Origin: Escherichia phage Esco_phi_B-01
DNA: 64,000 nucleotides
Reading direction: 5' to 3' (one strand)
Sequence record: OP292222.1
The notes beneath the pieces are model-generated. The model made no database searches, had not been told where the DNA came from, and was given only the letters and a program-made list of their open reading frames with translations. The translations under genes were made by a program, and so were the position numbers. Each line of letters begins with the position of its first letter. Within the stretch, counting starts at the first letter, position 1. Shown here in pieces: positions 62,155 to 64,000 of this stretch.

Positions 62155-64000
62155 TAATTTTTACCTGAGTTGGAACTTTAGGGTCTCTAGGATTTCCAAT
62201 ATCGTCTTTAAGACGCTTATCAACCAGTGCACGCCAATTGGCAAAAGTCACAGCACTTTGGTCAAACAATGGACTATGCTTTTTAATACGTTCGTGTGGT
62301 AATTGACCTTGGAATACAGAGAAATCATTTTCTGCATCATAATCGGCAGGAATATCAAACGGTTCACCCGCTTTAGGTCCAACGTTGTACATCGGAGCAC
62401 CTGTACGAGGGTCTCGTTCTATATTACCATCAAAACCTATTACAGCAACTCTATCATACCATTCAGATGGCAAACCTGAGTCCCATTTATAGTTCTTAAG
62501 GATATTAATAATGGTTTCTGTATGTTTTAGTGTTAAACCAACGTTAACAAACATAGAAAGCAAAGTTATACCTATAAAGCCGAAACCTACCGGGTGAACA
62601 AATCTCAAAACGTCGTTGCGATAACGAGAGGTTGGGAGATTAGACTTAATAGTCATCACATAGTAAGAACGGTTACGGTTGATATAATCGATATTGTTAC
62701 TCAAAAGCTCTTTACCGCGAACGCCTTGAACAATCATACCCTTAAATGAAGTACGTTCAGATTTGATTTCCTGACCGACTATAAAACGACCTAAAAGATT
62801 ATGAATGGTTAAACGCCATTGCAATTTACCATCTTTGTAATTTCGTTCTATATAAGTAACATTACTTCTTCCTGTAGGAGTATAAATCGTTTGGCCTACG
62901 ATATCTTCACTGATATTGTCGGATTCTACGATGATATCATATTCGATAGAGTTCTTGGACTCGATATCAATTTCGACATCTTCATTATAAAGCAATTTAA
63001 ACAGGAATTTATATGAAGCTTCAGTACCTTTAGTTGACCAAAAATCAGACTGACGAGCTTGGAAAAATCTAACAACTTCGTCGCGTTTTTCTTTTGACAA
63101 ATAGATATTACGTTTATAAATTTCAGACCATAGGTATTCCCATGAGTCTTCTTCACGAGGATACTGATTTCGAATAAGGTTTAACAAATTATTATAATGA
63201 GTGCCAGAACCATCACTAATAAACTGTAGATAATATTCGCAGAATTTTTCAAAATTGGAATCTTGGAGTAAATAACTATCCGGGACCATTTTGACCAATA
63301 ATGGTTTCAAATCAGGGTCTTGTTCGCCGGTCTCTTCTTTAGGGGCCCATGGAATTTCATGTTCTTGGTTTTGGAGCTCTGCCGTAAACATAATTTCTTT
63401 AGGCTTCCAAATAACACGGACTTCATCACGCACACGATAGTCGAATTCAAAATAACCAACTAATTCACCGGTAGATTTGTGAATCATCATACCAGAGGAA
63501 TATTTTTTAAAGCCATTAAATTCGATATTAGGGGATGTAACTTTGCAAAATCCTTTATTCCAAATCTCATGAACAATACGTTCTGGCGATGAACCACTAT
63601 TAAGGTCGATTACTTTCTGATACAAAGCATCGTTATAAACAACCATCGCATGGTCACCTGTAGTAATCCAAGAACGGGTTCCATCACGACGTGACCAACT
63701 GAAGAATGGTTCAGCATAATAAGCCATACGACCTGGTTTAAATTCTTTAAAATCTGATTTAGAGTTAGACCTAAAGCTCATCATCAAATAATGTTTATTA
63801 TGAATCCACTGTTCGTCTTTAACGTATTTAACGGCCGAAGTAACAATTTCAGGATATTTCCAAGGAAGTTCAGAATCAACCTCTACTTCATATCTAAAGT
63901 TGCTTGAACTGAAAAATAACTCTTCGCCATCTGTAGACATGCTAGTATATCCATGCTCTATACGACGACGTTCTTCTTCAGTATTTCCGAATACACGAGT
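62147..64000 (-). CDS. 7: gp7 baseplate wedge initiator, C-terminal part (5' end beyond window)
   Basis: Frame stays open to the window edge upstream of the track's first Met at 63940; position matches T4 gene 7. Confidence 0.7.
   Translation of the reverse strand, partial: TRVFGNTEEERRRIEHGYTSMSTDGEELFFSSSNFRYEVEVDSELPWKYPEIVTSAVKYVKDEQWIHNKHYLMMSFRSNSKSDFKEFKPGRMAYYAEPFFSWSRRDGTRSWITTGDHAMVVYNDALYQKVIDLNSGSSPERIVHEIWNKGFCKVTSPNIEFNGFKKYSSGMMIHKSTGELVGYFEFDYRVRDEVRVIWKPKEIMFTAELQNQEHEIPWAPKEETGEQDPDLKPLLVKMVPDSYLLQDSNFEKFCEYYLQFISDGSGTHYNNLLNLIRNQYPREEDSWEYLWSEIYKRNIYLSKEKRDEVVRFFQARQSDFWSTKGTEASYKFLFKLLYNEDVEIDIESKNSIEYDIIVESDNISEDIVGQTIYTPTGRSNVTYIERNYKDGKLQWRLTIHNLLGRFIVGQEIKSERTSFKGMIVQGVRGKELLSNNIDYINRNRSYYVMTIKSNLPTSRYRNDVLRFVHPVGFGFIGITLLSMFVNVGLTLKHTETIINILKNYKWDSGLPSEWYDRVAVIGFDGNIERDPRTGAPMYNVGPKAGEPFDIPADYDAENDFSVFQGQLPHERIKKHSPLFDQSAVTFANWRALVDKRLKDDIGNPRDPKVPTQVKIND

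Overview
This 64-kb window is a contiguous, densely coding segment of a T4-like (Tevenvirinae-type) myovirus genome, collinear with the phage T4 map from td through gene 7. On the plus strand it runs frd(3' tip)-td-nrdA-nrdB-denA-rnlA-alc-spanins-pseT-cd-31-rIII, then a cluster of small early genes, DNA ligase (30) and alt. On the minus strand it carries the baseplate hub operon 51-27-28-29-48-54, then 26/25, uvsY, uvsW, inh, hoc, rnlB, and the head/tail/neck/baseplate operons 24-23-22-21-68-67-20-19-18-17-16-15-14-13-wac-12-11-10-9-8-7 (gene 7 truncated at the window edge). All identifications rest on my reading of the translated ORFs against remembered T4 proteins and on synteny; no database search was run. 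No tRNA, rRNA, CRISPR array, transposase or homing endonuclease ORF was found. The parts that depart from the T4 template are: a tandem pair of Alt-type ADP-ribosyltransferase genes; a second, convergent hoc paralog followed by a collagen-like protein with a carbohydrate-binding-like motif; a tandem duplication of vertex gene 24; a repeat-expanded fibritin; intron-less td and nrdB; a NADAR/YbiA-like protein beside a HAD nucleotidase; a ~350-bp non-coding gap after rIII; and a duplicated 50-bp promoter-leader cassette. Several six-frame-track starts are TTG/GTG extensions and were corrected to the nearest ATG with a Shine-Dalgarno sequence.
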